From positions 1 to 29,460 of the forward strand of contig CAYLIR010000001.1 in assembly GCA_964383515.1 (NCBI GenBank): a stretch of 29,460 nucleotides of DNA, in the 5' to 3' direction. Made by a program: the position numbers and the translations under genes. This DNA is from an uncultured Acidimicrobiaceae bacterium (lineage in GTDB: Bacteria > Actinomycetota > Acidimicrobiia > Spongiisociales > UBA5794). Shown here one piece after another: positions 8,742-18,316 of the stretch (its first letter is position 1; the number at the start of each line of letters is the position of its first letter). The notes below the pieces were generated by a model. It was not told where the DNA came from, ran no database searches, and saw only the letters and a list, made by a program, of their open reading frames with translations.

Positions 8742-9548
8742 ATGATGGAACGACTGCGCCGAATCGCAGTGAACGTGTTGGTGCTCGCCCTGGCCGGTGC
8801 GACGGTGGTGGCTGCTGCACCTGCCACGGCGATGTCAACACCGCGAGCCGAGGCCTGTAGTGCATACTGTCTCCGGGTCTACTCGATTGCGATGTACGAC
8901 TATCTCCCGTACCGGGATGCCACGGCCATCGTCAAAGTGGTCGATGAACTTGGCAGCGGCGTGGGATCCGCTGTCATCCATGGTGTGTGGACGCTGCCAG
9001 ATGGATCGACGGTCGAGCAGTATCGGGTGACCGGTACCCGGCTTCGCGGCGATTTCTCGGTGCTCTCTCCCCAGACGGGCACGTTCACCTTCGCGGTTGT
9101 CGGTATCTCGAAGGCAGGCTATGTGTTCGATCCGCTCGGCAGCGCGATCCTCACCAACTCGATCGTCATCGGCGACGGCGGCGACGGCGGAGGCGGCGGA
9201 GGCGGCGGAGGCGGCGGAGGCGGAGGCGCGGGAGGGTGTACTGCCGACTGTCTCGAGGTTCCGTCGATCCGGATGTCCGTTCGTTCCGGTGATGTGCGAG
9301 CGAACGTCTCGGTCGTTGACGAGACGGGCTCGAGGGTACCTGCACCGGTCGTTGACGGCACGTGGACGCTCCCCGACGGTTCATCCGTGAGCCAGACGGT
9401 CACGGGGAACAACAAGGGCAAGGCGAAGTTCGCTGTTCCTGTGGTTGGCGCTGGTGTGTACACGTTCACGATCGACAACGTGAGCCACGCCGGCGGCACC
9501 TACGACCCGACCACCGGAGTCACATCCAACACGGTCACGGTCGGCTAG
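8742..9548 (+). CDS. Secreted protein with two homologous beta-rich (Ig-like) domains joined by a poly-Gly linker
   Basis: Signal peptide (RLRRIAVNVLVLALAGA...APATA). The two repeats share CxxxCL.V.SI.M...A.V.VVDE.GS.V...V..G.WTLPDGS.V.Q...TG.....F.V....G.(F/Y)TF......AG..(F/Y)DP. Confidence 0.75.
   Translation: MMERLRRIAVNVLVLALAGATVVAAAPATAMSTPRAEACSAYCLRVYSIAMYDYLPYRDATAIVKVVDELGSGVGSAVIHGVWTLPDGSTVEQYRVTGTRLRGDFSVLSPQTGTFTFAVVGISKAGYVFDPLGSAILTNSIVIGDGGDGGGGGGGGGGGGGGAGGCTADCLEVPSIRMSVRSGDVRANVSVVDETGSRVPAPVVDGTWTLPDGSSVSQTVTGNNKGKAKFAVPVVGAGVYTFTIDNVSHAGGTYDPTTGVTSNTVTVG
9171..9236 (+). repeat. In-frame GGC/GGA low-complexity tandem repeat (GGCGGCGGA-type units) encoding poly-Gly
   Basis: ggcgacggcggcgacggcggaggcggcggaggcggcggaggcggcggaggcggaggcgcgggaggg. 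Confidence 0.9.
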
Positions 9549-9816
9549 CGCGCTGCTGTCCAAAGGTGGGCGCGTCGTCGATCGAGCGTCCCAGGCATCG
9601 TGGAGAGAGCGGCTCGCACGCCGGAGATCTCTCGGGACGGCGACAGACACCGTCACGCGTGACTACGGTAGGGGAACGGCGAGCTCGGGGTTCACAGGCA
9701 CGATGGCCTGTGCACCGTCTGGGTGACGTCCCGGGGTGAACAACGAGGGGAAAGCTGGTTGCTGAGATGTGTCCGGTAAGAAGAATCCGATTGGCAGCGA
9801 CCGCCGGGAGCAAGCG

Positions 9817-10857
9817 ATGAAGGTGCTGATAACCGGTCACGACGGCTACATCGGCGCTGTGCTGGTTCCCATGTTGACGCAAGCTGGCCACGAGGTGATC
9901 GGAATGGATACGTTCCTCTACGCCGGATGCTCCTTTGGCGACGCGGTCCCGGACCCCCCTTCGATCGCCATGGATGTTCGCGACGTCACTGCCGAGCATC
10001 TCGAGGGAGTTGACGCGGTGATCCATCTCGCTGCCGTGTCGAACGATCCGCTCGGTGACCTCAACCCCGACGCCACGTTCGACATCAACCATCGTGCCAC
10101 GACGCGCCTCGCCAATGCGGCGAAAGCAGCAGGTGTCAAGCGGTTCCTCTTTTCCTCTTCGTGCAGCCTCTACGGTGCCCATGGCGATGACTATCTGGAC
10201 GAGCATGGTGTGTTCAACCCCGTGACTCCCTACGGTGAATCCAAGGTACTGAGCGAGAGGGATCTGCACGACCTCGCAGACGACGACTTCAGCCCAACCT
10301 ACCTGCGGAACGCAACCGCATACGGCGTGTCCCCCCGACTTCGGGGGGATGTGGTGGTGAACAACCTCACTGGATTCGCGTTCACAACGGGAAAGGTCTT
10401 CCTCAAGAGCGATGGTTCGTCGTGGCGCCCCCTGGTTCATGTCGAAGACATCTCGCGAGCGTTCATCGCTGTCCTAGCTGCAGATCGCGATCTGGTGCAC
10501 GACGAAGCCTTCAATGTGGGATCCACAGAGGAGAACTATCAGATCGCGGAGGTCGCGCACATCGTGCAGGATCTCGTTCCGAACAGTCGTGTAACACTGT
10601 CAGATACCGCATCGCACGATCCAAGGAACTACAGGGTGAACTGCGACAAGCTCTCGGATACGCTGCCAGGCGCACGTCCGCTGTGGACGGTGCGCAGAGG
10701 GGTCGGGGAGCTGTACAGCGCTTTCGTGAGCAGGGGAATGGAACTGGATCAACTGGAAGGGGACCGGTTCATGCGCATCCGCAGGGTGCAGGCGCTCATC
10801 GACGAGGGACGCTTGGACAGTTCCCTTCGTTGGACCAAGCGCGAGAGAGTTTCGTGA
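9817..10857 (+). CDS. NAD-dependent epimerase/dehydratase (extended SDR)
   Basis: [36 protein letters not shown] (YxxxK) and [16 protein letters not shown] precedes ATG 9817. Confidence 0.93.
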   Translation: MKVLITGHDGYIGAVLVPMLTQAGHEVIGMDTFLYAGCSFGDAVPDPPSIAMDVRDVTAEHLEGVDAVIHLAAVSNDPLGDLNPDATFDINHRATTRLANAAKAAGVKRFLFSSSCSLYGAHGDDYLDEHGVFNPVTPYGESKVLSERDLHDLADDDFSPTYLRNATAYGVSPRLRGDVVVNNLTGFAFTTGKVFLKSDGSSWRPLVHVEDISRAFIAVLAADRDLVHDEAFNVGSTEENYQIAEVAHIVQDLVPNSRVTLSDTASHDPRNYRVNCDKLSDTLPGARPLWTVRRGVGELYSAFVSRGMELDQLEGDRFMRIRRVQALIDEGRLDSSLRWTKRERVS

Positions 10858-12035
10858 CGTCACCCCTTCGTCACCGGCTGTGCCCGGCGTGCGGGTCCGA
10901 CGAGCTCACGCCGTTCCACCATCAGGGCGGTGTTCCTACCAACAGCTGCCTCCTGCTGGCTACCGAGGATGAGGCAAAGCAGTTCCCGACGAGCGAGATC
11001 CGCCTTGCGTTGTGTGAGCGATGCGGTTTCATGACGAACACGAGTTTCGATCCGTCGCTTGCCGAGTACTCAGGCCGGTACGAGGAGACCCAGGCCTACT
11101 CGTCCCGTTTCGTGTCCTTTGCGAGGTCGCTGGCTGAAGGCTGGGTGCACCGGTACGACCTTGTGGACAAGACCGTCCTCGAGATCGGATGCGGCAAGGG
11201 AGAGTTCCTTGTCATGATGGCCGAGGCTGGCATCGGCCACGGTATCGGGATGGATCCCGGTGTGCACCCCGAACGGATAGAAGCGATGCAGGACCGACTC
11301 GAGTGGGTTCCTGACCTCTTCGTGGCAGGCACGAGCATTCACGGCGCTGATGCGATTGTGTGCCGCCACACGCTCGAGCACATAGGACCGGTGGGAGAGT
11401 TCCTCACGGCGGTCCGCACAGCGATCGGCCCGGCACTCGACACGGTCGTCCTCTTCGAGCTTCCCGACACGCGCCGTATCTTGAAGGAGGTCGCGTTCTG
11501 GGACATCTACTACGAGCACTGCTCGTACTTCACGGAGGGGTCGCTTGCAAGACTGTTCGAGCGTTCGGGATTCGAGGTGCTCAACCTGGCGCACGCGTTC
11601 GAGGGCCAGTATCTTCTCATCGAGGCGAAGCCTGTCACTGGAGGGAGAACACCACGGGTGTGGCCTTCTGACCCGGTCGACGATGTGAAACGCGACATCG
11701 AGCATTTCGCGGACGTCTACGGTGAGACCGTCTCTCGCTGGGTCGAGGAACTGCGCGCTCGCAACCGTGCTGGCGGAACGACGGTCGTATGGGGCGCGAG
11801 TTCCAAGGCCGTGTCGTTCCTGGCGGAGGTCGGGGACTTCGTCACGGCAGCTGTGGATGTCAACCCGAACAAGCACGGGATGTTCGTAGCGGGCACAGGG
11901 CACCGAATCGTTGCTCCGCAGGACCTCGGCGAGATCGCCCCCGACCTTGTCGTTGTGATGAACCCGATCTACAGAGAAGAGATCGCGCAGGACCTCCTTC
12001 GTCTGGGTATCGACGCGGAGCTCGTGTCCCTCTAG
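10854..12035 (+). CDS. Class I SAM-dependent methyltransferase, Zn-binding NDP-sugar C-methyltransferase type
   Basis: N-terminal CPACG...CERCG Zn ligands, [25 protein letters not shown] and C-terminal VVWGASSK...[13 protein letters not shown] overlap with upstream gene. Confidence 0.88.
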   Translation: MTSPLRHRLCPACGSDELTPFHHQGGVPTNSCLLLATEDEAKQFPTSEIRLALCERCGFMTNTSFDPSLAEYSGRYEETQAYSSRFVSFARSLAEGWVHRYDLVDKTVLEIGCGKGEFLVMMAEAGIGHGIGMDPGVHPERIEAMQDRLEWVPDLFVAGTSIHGADAIVCRHTLEHIGPVGEFLTAVRTAIGPALDTVVLFELPDTRRILKEVAFWDIYYEHCSYFTEGSLARLFERSGFEVLNLAHAFEGQYLLIEAKPVTGGRTPRVWPSDPVDDVKRDIEHFADVYGETVSRWVEELRARNRAGGTTVVWGASSKAVSFLAEVGDFVTAAVDVNPNKHGMFVAGTGHRIVAPQDLGEIAPDLVVVMNPIYREEIAQDLLRLGIDAELVSL

Positions 12036-12063
12036 CGTTCCTGCCGGCCGATCATTCGGATTG

Positions 12064-12990
12064 TCACGGAGCGGTGCGGTTTCGACGAAGAGCCATGGCG
12101 AACCCGATGTACAGGTCGTTCACGAGCCTCTTCCAGTTGCCTTCCCTCACCCACGTTGCGATGACACGCAGGCAACGCGCCTTGTTGCGTGCGCCGACGG
12201 GGCTTCGTAGCGTTGCTGCCGTGAAGCTGCCGAGGCGGCGCCAGTTGGGGAACACGATGCGGCCTTGTCGTGAAGTGTCGAACCATGCCTCTCTGCCATG
12301 CCCCCAACGTTCGACCTTGCGGCGAACAGATCGTCCAGCATGGTCGCGGTTGAGGAACAGTTGCTCGGGTATCTCGTAGAACGGCCCGAGCAGAGCCAGT
12401 TCCATGAGCAGCGTCCGGTCGCTGCCCGTATAGCTTCCGTGGAGTGATGTGTCCATGAGGGCTGACCTCCGCATCAGCCCGAACACCACAGCATCAGAGG
12501 CTCCGCCGTTTCGATACGCGTGGATAGCGTGTCGGATGCGTTCAGCGACATCGGGCGAAGCGAGACCGGGACGTGGTTCCCCCGCGCCGATAGCTCTCCC
12601 TTGCCCGTCGATGAATCGGAACATCGCGTAGGCAACGACGCAGTCGGGCCGTTCATCCAGTGCCGATACGCAGCGCTCGAGATAGGTCCTCAGGATGAGA
12701 TCGTCGTGTGCCATCCACATGAAATAGGAAGCGCGGGACCGCCGGAAGACGTCGTTGTAGTTCGGAGCTGCGCCGAGGTTCTTCCGCTGGCGGTGGTAGC
12801 GGATGCGCGGGTCGTTCTCTGCATACGATCGGCAGATCTCCTCGGTACGGTCGGTGGAGGCATTGTCTGCGATGACGAGCTCGAAGTCGGTGAAGGTCTG
12901 ATCGAGGATCGCATCGATCGTTTCAGCGAGATAGTTCTCGCCGTTGTACACGGGTATTCCGATACTGACACGAGGGGCGGGATGTGTCAT
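12064..12990 (-). CDS. Glycosyltransferase family 2
   Basis: VSIGIPVYNGENYL, IADNASTDRT, NLGAAPNYN, FMWMAHDD (DxD-like) and GSDRTL. Confidence 0.92.
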   Translation of the reverse strand: MTHPAPRVSIGIPVYNGENYLAETIDAILDQTFTDFELVIADNASTDRTEEICRSYAENDPRIRYHRQRKNLGAAPNYNDVFRRSRASYFMWMAHDDLILRTYLERCVSALDERPDCVVAYAMFRFIDGQGRAIGAGEPRPGLASPDVAERIRHAIHAYRNGGASDAVVFGLMRRSALMDTSLHGSYTGSDRTLLMELALLGPFYEIPEQLFLNRDHAGRSVRRKVERWGHGREAWFDTSRQGRIVFPNWRRLGSFTAATLRSPVGARNKARCLRVIATWVREGNWKRLVNDLYIGFAMALRRNRTAP

Positions 12991-13069
12991 GGGCGATCCT
13001 GGTTGACCCTGATGTCGGCGTGCCTTGCGTTGCCCTTCACCGTTGATGTTGAGCGAGGCCGATTCGCGG

Positions 13070-13717
13070 TCACCATTGGACGACACAGCGATCGACGTGG
13101 AATGCCTCCGCGTAGCGCTCGACAGCCCGGCATTCGACGCCGCGAAGACGCAGTATGGATTGGAGTGCCTGCCGGTCGTACCACGGCTTGGTGTGCTGGC
13201 TGGAGAAGTGCGCGCCAAGGTGGTCCAGTTTCGCTTCGGCCTCGTTGGCGGAGAGCGGAACATAGATGCCAGGTCTGGCCAGGTCCGCATCGGACTTGAC
13301 GATCTCGTATTGCACCACGAGGGTGTTGCGCAGGATCTGGTGGGCCAGCTCAGCGACGAAGCGATGATCTTGGTGCCGGTCCGATAGTCCCGGGACGATG
13401 GCGATATCTGCAGAGAATCCGTCGAGGGAACCGCGAAGGAACCGTTTCACAGCAGCGGGTTCGTCGTAGGGGAGGAATCCGTCGGCGAACGCTCCGGCCT
13501 TCACTGTGACGCGATCGCCAAGGAGCGCTGTTGCGCTCGCTTGGGCTTCAGCGATGCGCGTGTCGTCACCTGTTGCGATGATGAACACGAACCGGCAGTC
13601 GGCGTTCGCTGCGGCGATCTGCACGATGGTTCCGGCGGCACCGATCTCGATGTCGTCGGCGTGGGCGCCGAGACACGCAACGAAACGTATCGGGTGTTTC
13701 GGAGCCAGCCCGATCAC
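13070..13717 (-). CDS. PIG-L/LmbE family deacetylase
   Basis: GAHADDIEIG and DRHQDH metal-binding motifs, and HFSSQ..KPWY...RLRGVEC....AEAF. GTGA overlap with rfbF stop. Confidence 0.88.
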   Translation of the reverse strand: MIGLAPKHPIRFVACLGAHADDIEIGAAGTIVQIAAANADCRFVFIIATGDDTRIAEAQASATALLGDRVTVKAGAFADGFLPYDEPAAVKRFLRGSLDGFSADIAIVPGLSDRHQDHRFVAELAHQILRNTLVVQYEIVKSDADLARPGIYVPLSANEAEAKLDHLGAHFSSQHTKPWYDRQALQSILRLRGVECRAVERYAEAFHVDRCVVQW

Positions 13718-14499
13718 AGGTTGCCGCCTCTCCCCGGCACCCACGGTGCATGGCCCGATTCATAGAGGCCGTCGAGGTACTGCTTCTCTTTGAACGTGTC
13801 CATAGGCGACCAGAATCCATCGAAGCGGTGCGCATAGAGTTGGCGTTGCGCGAGGAGGCGCTGGAACGGTTGATATACGAGATCTTCACCCGGTTCGATG
13901 TAGTCGAAGATCTCTTTTCTGAAGATGAAGTACCCGCCATTGAGCCACAGGTTCGAACGAGATATCGGTCCGATGTCTTCCACGTTGCTGTCGTCGCCGA
14001 TCGAAGCGACGTGGTACGACTGTGGGGGACGTACCGCGAGGAGGCAGGCGACCTGTTGGCGGCTGGCGAACTCGTCGATGCAGGCGTTGAGATCGAGATC
14101 CGAGAGGCCGTCGGCGTAGTTCGCGAGGAACATCGCCTCACTGTCGAGGTGCTTCCTGACACGGCGGAGTCGTTCTCCGATCTCTGTGTGGAGGCCGGTA
14201 TCGACGAACGTGATCGTCCAATCGTCGATGTCGCTGCCAAGGAGGGTGCGTTCCTTACCCCCTGCGGTGAGCACGAAGTCGTTCGAGACAGCCTCTTCGT
14301 ACTCGAGGAAGAACTGCTTGATGACGTCTGCCCTGTACCCGAGACACAGGATGAAGTCCTTGTGCCCATGGTGTGCGTAGTACTTCATGAGGTGCCAGAG
14401 GATCGGACGGTATCCGATGGGCACCATAGGTTTGGGAATGTCCTGGTAGGACCCACGCAGCCGCATTCCCTGTCCACCACAGAAGAGGACGACTTTCAT
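13714..14499 (-). CDS. rfbF: Glucose-1-phosphate cytidylyltransferase-like sugar nucleotidyltransferase
   Basis: MKVVLFCGGQGMRL, PKPMVPIGYRPILWHLMKYY, FILCLGYR, DTGLHT.IG.RL, NYADGL, NGGYF and MDTFKE. Confidence 0.88.
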   Translation of the reverse strand: MKVVLFCGGQGMRLRGSYQDIPKPMVPIGYRPILWHLMKYYAHHGHKDFILCLGYRADVIKQFFLEYEEAVSNDFVLTAGGKERTLLGSDIDDWTITFVDTGLHTEIGERLRRVRKHLDSEAMFLANYADGLSDLDLNACIDEFASRQQVACLLAVRPPQSYHVASIGDDSNVEDIGPISRSNLWLNGGYFIFRKEIFDYIEPGEDLVYQPFQRLLAQRQLYAHRFDGFWSPMDTFKEKQYLDGLYESGHAPWVPGRGGNL

Positions 14500-15749
14500 G
14501 CGGGGCCTTTCGGGTAGACGGCCAGTTCAGGGATAGGAACGATGAATCGACCTCCCCACTGGGTGATGTAGTCGAGCTGTTGCATGATCTCGGTGCGCAG
14601 GTTCCACGGCAGGATCAGCACATAGTCCGGTTCGGTTTCAGCGATGCGCTCCGGGCCATAGACAGGGATGTGGGTGCCTGGCGTGTATCTCCCATGCTTG
14701 TACGGGTTGCGGTCACAGGCATAGTCGATGGTGTCCGGACCGATTCCGCAGTAGTTGAGAAGTGTGTTGCCCTTTCCCGCAGCTCCATATATGGCGATCG
14801 TCTTCCCTGACGACTTGGCGTCGGCGAGGAACGCTACGAGGCGATGCTTCGTGGATTCCACCGTCTCTGCAAAGTCGTGGTAGGTGTCGATCGTCGTGAT
14901 CCCGAAGTCGACTTCCCTGGCAAGGAGCCGCCGTACCCGCTGATGCACGGGCTTGGCTGTGTCGTTGTCATGTCGTAGGTAGATCCGAAGCGAACCGCCG
15001 TGGGACCAGAGCTCGTCGACGTCGTACACGGTAAGGCCCGCCTGAGCGAAGACCTGTTGGGCCGTGACGAGCGAGAAGTAGGAGAAGTGCTCGTGGTAGA
15101 TCGTGTCGAATTGGTTCCCCTCGATAAGGCGCATCAGGTGTGGGAACTCGAACGTGGCGGTGCCGCCTGGTGCGAGGATCTCAGCGATGCCCGACACGAA
15201 GTCGTTCAAGTTGGGAACCTGGGCGAGGACGTTGTTGCCGATGACGAGGTCGGCGTGGTATCCGGTAGCGGTGAGTTCCATGGCAAGGGCGAGGTCGAAG
15301 AACTCGACTCTGGTCGCAACACCTCGTGCCCGAGCCGCTTGGGCAACGTTCGCAGCAGGTTCGATGCCAAGTGCCGGTATCCCCTTCTCCACGAAGTACT
15401 GGAGGAGGTAGCCGTCATTGCTTGCGATCTCAAGCACATGTGAATCCGAGTCGAGGGCGAAGCGGTCCGTTGCCATGTCGACGTACTGGCTGGCATGTTC
15501 GAGCCACGCCGTCGAGTAGGCAGAGAAGTAGGCATAGTCGTTGAAGATCGTCTCCGGGCTGACGAACTCGTCGACCTGTACGAGAAAGCACTCGTCACAC
15601 ACCCATGCATGCAGGGGGTAGTAGGGCTCGGGCTGATCGAGTTCCTCTGGCAGTAGGAACGTCTCACACAGGGGCGTCTCCCCGAGATCAGCGAAGCTCG
15701 TTTTCAGCGTTGCCCCGCAGTGCCGACAGTGGATCGCGTCGTCAGTCAT
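14496..15749 (-). CDS. NDP-hexose C3-methyltransferase-like SAM methyltransferase (Zn-binding)
   Basis: CRHCG...CDECF, VLEIASNDGYLL, NNVLAQVP, YHEHFSYFS, HGGSLR, YGAAGKGNTLLNY and GGRFIVPIP. Confidence 0.92.
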   Translation of the reverse strand: MTDDAIHCRHCGATLKTSFADLGETPLCETFLLPEELDQPEPYYPLHAWVCDECFLVQVDEFVSPETIFNDYAYFSAYSTAWLEHASQYVDMATDRFALDSDSHVLEIASNDGYLLQYFVEKGIPALGIEPAANVAQAARARGVATRVEFFDLALAMELTATGYHADLVIGNNVLAQVPNLNDFVSGIAEILAPGGTATFEFPHLMRLIEGNQFDTIYHEHFSYFSLVTAQQVFAQAGLTVYDVDELWSHGGSLRIYLRHDNDTAKPVHQRVRRLLAREVDFGITTIDTYHDFAETVESTKHRLVAFLADAKSSGKTIAIYGAAGKGNTLLNYCGIGPDTIDYACDRNPYKHGRYTPGTHIPVYGPERIAETEPDYVLILPWNLRTEIMQQLDYITQWGGRFIVPIPELAVYPKGPA

Positions 15750-16104
15750 CGTTCGTCGAAACGCTGTGCATTCGCGTCACGTGGTTCTCGTTGCGTGGAC
15801 GTGGCATCGACATGGCTATCTACTACATCCACCGGCGCGTGCGTGCCCGCCACTGTTGGATACCCCCATCAGACAACCACCCTCTTGTCTCTGAACTACC
15901 TCGACTCTAGACGCAATGTCACGTCTGTGTCGAGATTCCTTCGAGATGGCGCAGCGGAGCACCGGCACGGTCGTTCCGCCCCCGATGAGCGCGCCCGCAG
16001 GGAGGTCGTCGGGACATGGGCACCGCTCATCGATGTGTCATAGGCATGGGAATCGCACAGGTTGGTGGTAGCGTGGAGATGCCACAGAACGCATAGGGGA
16101 ATCA

Positions 16105-17037
16105 GTGGCAATGGAAGCTATCGAGATTCGAGGACTCCGGAAGGTCTACTCCGGTGTACGGGGAAAGCGAACGGTTGCAGTCGAGTCTCTCGACTTGGAT
16201 GTGCCTCGTGGCGGCGTCTTTGGGTTTCTCGGCCCGAACGGCGCAGGGAAGACGACGACCATCCGTTGCCTTCTCGGCCTGGTCAAGCCAACCGAAGGTT
16301 CTGTGCGTATCTTCGGTTCGGATGTTCCCAGAGGCCTGGCTGAGGTCATGGGCAGCATTGGGGCGCTGGTGGAATCCCCAAAGTTCTTCCCCGGGTTCTC
16401 TGGTCGGTTGAATCTCGAACTGCTCGCTGCTGCCGCGGACATCGATGAGCAAGCGATCTCGAGAAGTCTTGAAGAGGTTGGGCTGACTGAACGCGCCGAC
16501 GACAAGTTCGGCGCGTACTCACTGGGTATGAAGCAACGTCTGGCGGTGGCAGGAGCGATCCTCAAGCGTCCCGAACTACTCGTCCTCGACGAACCGGCGA
16601 ACGGTCTCGATCCGGCAGGCATCAAGGACATGCGGGAGCTGATCAGGGGCTACGGCGCCTCGGGCGCGACGGTGTTGGTGTCGAGCCATCAGCTCTCCGA
16701 GGTGCAGCTGATGTGCGATTCTGTTGCCATCATCAACAAAGGCGCACTGGTCGCTTCTGGCCGCGTATCTGACGTGATAGCGGGCCACAGGGGCCGCCTC
16801 ATCGTCACGATCGACGACACCCAGTCCGCTGTCGAGACCCTCCGCGAGGGTGGCTTCTCAGCCAGACACGGAGAAGAAGACGACACGATCGCCATCGAGG
16901 CGAGCACGGACGCCGCTGCTGAAGTGACGAGAACGCTTGCCGCAGATGGGCGATACCTCCGCGGCTTGCGTGTCGAATCGGCGAGCCTGGAGGCTGTGTT
17001 CCTCGAACTCACCGATGAAGCAGAGGATGCCTCGTGA
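16105..17037 (+). CDS. ABC transporter ATP-binding protein (BcrA/CcmA-like exporter)
   Basis: GPNGAGKTT Walker A, YSLGMKQRL signature, LLVLDEP Walker B and SSH. Start GTG 16105 or ATG 16111. Confidence 0.95.
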   Translation: MAMEAIEIRGLRKVYSGVRGKRTVAVESLDLDVPRGGVFGFLGPNGAGKTTTIRCLLGLVKPTEGSVRIFGSDVPRGLAEVMGSIGALVESPKFFPGFSGRLNLELLAAAADIDEQAISRSLEEVGLTERADDKFGAYSLGMKQRLAVAGAILKRPELLVLDEPANGLDPAGIKDMRELIRGYGASGATVLVSSHQLSEVQLMCDSVAIINKGALVASGRVSDVIAGHRGRLIVTIDDTQSAVETLREGGFSARHGEEDDTIAIEASTDAAAEVTRTLAADGRYLRGLRVESASLEAVFLELTDEAEDAS

Positions 17038-18155
17038 TCCGTCTGGTTCGCATAGAGCTGCGTCGCATGTGGAGTCGCCGTATGCCCTGGTTCCTCCTCC
17101 TCGGTGGTGCAGCGGTGATCGTTGTGATCGGCGTCGTGACCTTCTTCACCCACGATGCAGAGCCACCAAGGGAACAGGACATAGCGGCCGAAGTGCAGGC
17201 CGAGATCGCCTCGTGCAGACGGTATTCGATGGAGAGCTGGAATGCCTGGGCTCAGGGCGAGATGGAGGAAGAGGATCCCGGGTACACCGAGTACCTGTCA
17301 GGGTTCACGTCCGCCGAGGCGTTCGCAGACGAAGAATGCAGACCCGAGTACTTCAATGAGCTCTCCTTCCCGGATCCGCGGTTCTGCCTCATCTCGCTCT
17401 ACGACCCGGATGCTGCCTACCGCTCAGGGTGCCCCGACTATGAACACGCCGACGTGTACCTAAGCGAAACCAAGAGCATCACCATCAACGGCAAGCACTA
17501 TCGATCAGTGCGACAAACCGTCAACGGGCTGGTTCCATGGATGAGCACTGCTGGCATCGCGCTCGCGGCCATCCTGGGCGCGTCGTTCATCGGAGCTGAG
17601 TACAAGTTCGGCACGATCGAGACCACGGTGCTGTGGGAACCGAGAAGGATCCGGGTCCTCGGCTCGAAGCTTGTCGCTGCTGCGTTGTCAGCGTTCGTCA
17701 TCCACGTTGTGCTCCTGTCGCTCCTCGTGGCCGTGATGATGCCTGCAGCCCTGTGGCGTGGAAGCGTTGCCGGTGCTGACGCTGATTTCTGGAGCGGCCT
17801 CGTCGGTGTGGTCGCACGTGGTGGTGTCACGGCCGCAGCCATCGCCGCTATCGCGTTGTCTGTCTCGGTCCTGACCCGCAACACGGTCGGTGGTGTTGCG
17901 GCGTTGCTCGGCTACACCGCTATCAGCCCCGCGCTCAGCTTCACGCTGTTGCCGAGCTTCCGTCCTTTCGATCTGACAGAGAACACGGTCGTCTTCGCCA
18001 ACGGCGGGGAGGTGGGACGGTTCGTCCGCGGCGAGTCTGGTCTCTTCGCGGTGTATTCGCATGGTGTCGCGGGCGCTGCACTCCGTATCGCCGTCTATGT
18101 GTCCGTCTTCGTCGTGGTGGCCCTCGTGGTCTTTCATCGGCGAGACATCGACTGA
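17034..18155 (+). CDS. ABC-2 type transporter permease with large extracytoplasmic loop
   Basis: IRIELRR start, TM1, about 130-aa loop, GAEYKFGTI....WEPRR..V..SK EAA-like motif and C-terminal RRDI. GTGA coupling to the ATPase. Confidence 0.9.
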   Translation: MIRLVRIELRRMWSRRMPWFLLLGGAAVIVVIGVVTFFTHDAEPPREQDIAAEVQAEIASCRRYSMESWNAWAQGEMEEEDPGYTEYLSGFTSAEAFADEECRPEYFNELSFPDPRFCLISLYDPDAAYRSGCPDYEHADVYLSETKSITINGKHYRSVRQTVNGLVPWMSTAGIALAAILGASFIGAEYKFGTIETTVLWEPRRIRVLGSKLVAAALSAFVIHVVLLSLLVAVMMPAALWRGSVAGADADFWSGLVGVVARGGVTAAAIAAIALSVSVLTRNTVGGVAALLGYTAISPALSFTLLPSFRPFDLTENTVVFANGGEVGRFVRGESGLFAVYSHGVAGAALRIAVYVSVFVVVALVVFHRRDID

Positions 18156-18316
18156 CGAGACCAGATCGCAGGCTGGCAAGCCATCGTGCGGAGCGAAGGT
18201 GCAGGGCCCGGTGTTCCAGGATGGCATGGAGGGGTTTCGGCCCTCCCACTGGCCTGGGCCCAGAGGGCGGCTCGTGATGGGGCCCACACGGAGCAGGGCA
18301 GGCAGGTAAGGTACGG

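Noticed and set aside
9166-9384. Arg-rich ORFs (RRRRR or RLRRL runs) on both strands
   Set aside because: They are alternative-frame readings of the poly-Gly repeat.
9693-9712. Hairpin CACAGGC-ACGATG-GCCTGTG upstream of the SDR gene
   Set aside because: Only 7 bp with no U-tract or other context, so it is not distinguishable from chance.
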